64,000 nt of DNA from the NCBI RefSeq assembly GCF_009914755.1, contig NC_060942.1; one strand, 5' to 3'. Of this stretch, positions 63,421 through 64,000 are shown piece by piece. Origin of the DNA: the human T2T-CHM13v2.0 reference genome, Homo sapiens. The translations under genes were made by a program, and so were the position numbers. Positions within the stretch are counted from its first letter, which is position 1; each line of letters starts with the position of its first letter. The notes beneath the pieces were generated by a model. It made no database searches and was not told the DNA's origin. It saw only the letters and a program-made list of their open reading frames with translations.

Positions 63421-64000
63421 TGGCTGGCAAGATGGCCAAATAGGAACAGCTCCGGTCTGCAGCTCCCAGCGAGATCGACGCAGAAGGTGGGTGATTTCTG
63501 CATTTCCAACTGAGGTACCTGGTTCATCTCACTGGGACTGGTTGGACAGTGGGTGCAGCCCACGGAGGGCAAGCCGAAGCAGGGTGGGGCATTGTCTCAC
63601 CTGGGAAGCACAAGGGGTCAGGGAGTTCCTGCCCCTAGCCAAGGGAAGTCATGAGGGACTATGACGTGAGGAACAGTGCACTCCAGCCCAGATACTGCAC
63701 TTTTCCCATGATCTTCACAACGCGCAGACCAGGAGATCCCCTCCAATACTTAACGCCACCAGGGAGGGCCCTGGGTTTCAAGCACAAAACTGGGCAGCCA
63801 TTTGGGCAGACATCGAGCTAGCTGCAGGAGTTTTTTTTTTTTTTTTTTTTTTCCTTCATGCCCCAGTGGTGCCTGGAATGTCAGCGAGACAGAACCGTTC
63901 TTTCCCCTGAAAAGGGGGCTGAAGCCAGGGAGCCAAGTGGTCTGGCTCAGCGAGTCCCTTCTCCATGGAGCCCATCAAGCTAAGATCTACAGGCTTGAAA
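63421..64000 (+). mobile_element. 5' UTR of an L1PA7/8-like LINE-1 (continues past the window edge)
   Basis: ggcaagatggccaaataggaacagctccggtctgcagctcccagcgagatc start, including the YY1-type caagatggcc motif. Confidence 0.88.

Overview
Human non-coding genomic DNA (an AluYb8, a human-specific subfamily, is present), dominated by interspersed repeats. I see no intact protein-coding gene, RNA gene or CRISPR-like array. Most listed ORFs are Alu/L1/MaLR/hAT-derived or chance frames. Main content: an L2 carrying a two-LTR MST (MaLR) element that itself holds MER1A and an Alu; a near-full-length Charlie3 hAT fossil; 13 Alu copies or fragments; and several L1s of different ages, two with 3' transductions and two with twin-priming inversions. 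Also present are a short NCAPG-derived pseudogene fragment, an AT-rich minisatellite built from 26-bp palindromes, and a candidate CTCF site. I found no evidence of a new biological system; the interesting signals are mechanistic footprints of transposition, repair and possible gene conversion. Subfamily names and the NCAPG comparison come from my recollection of consensus and reference sequences, not from a search. Boundaries of old repeats are approximate.
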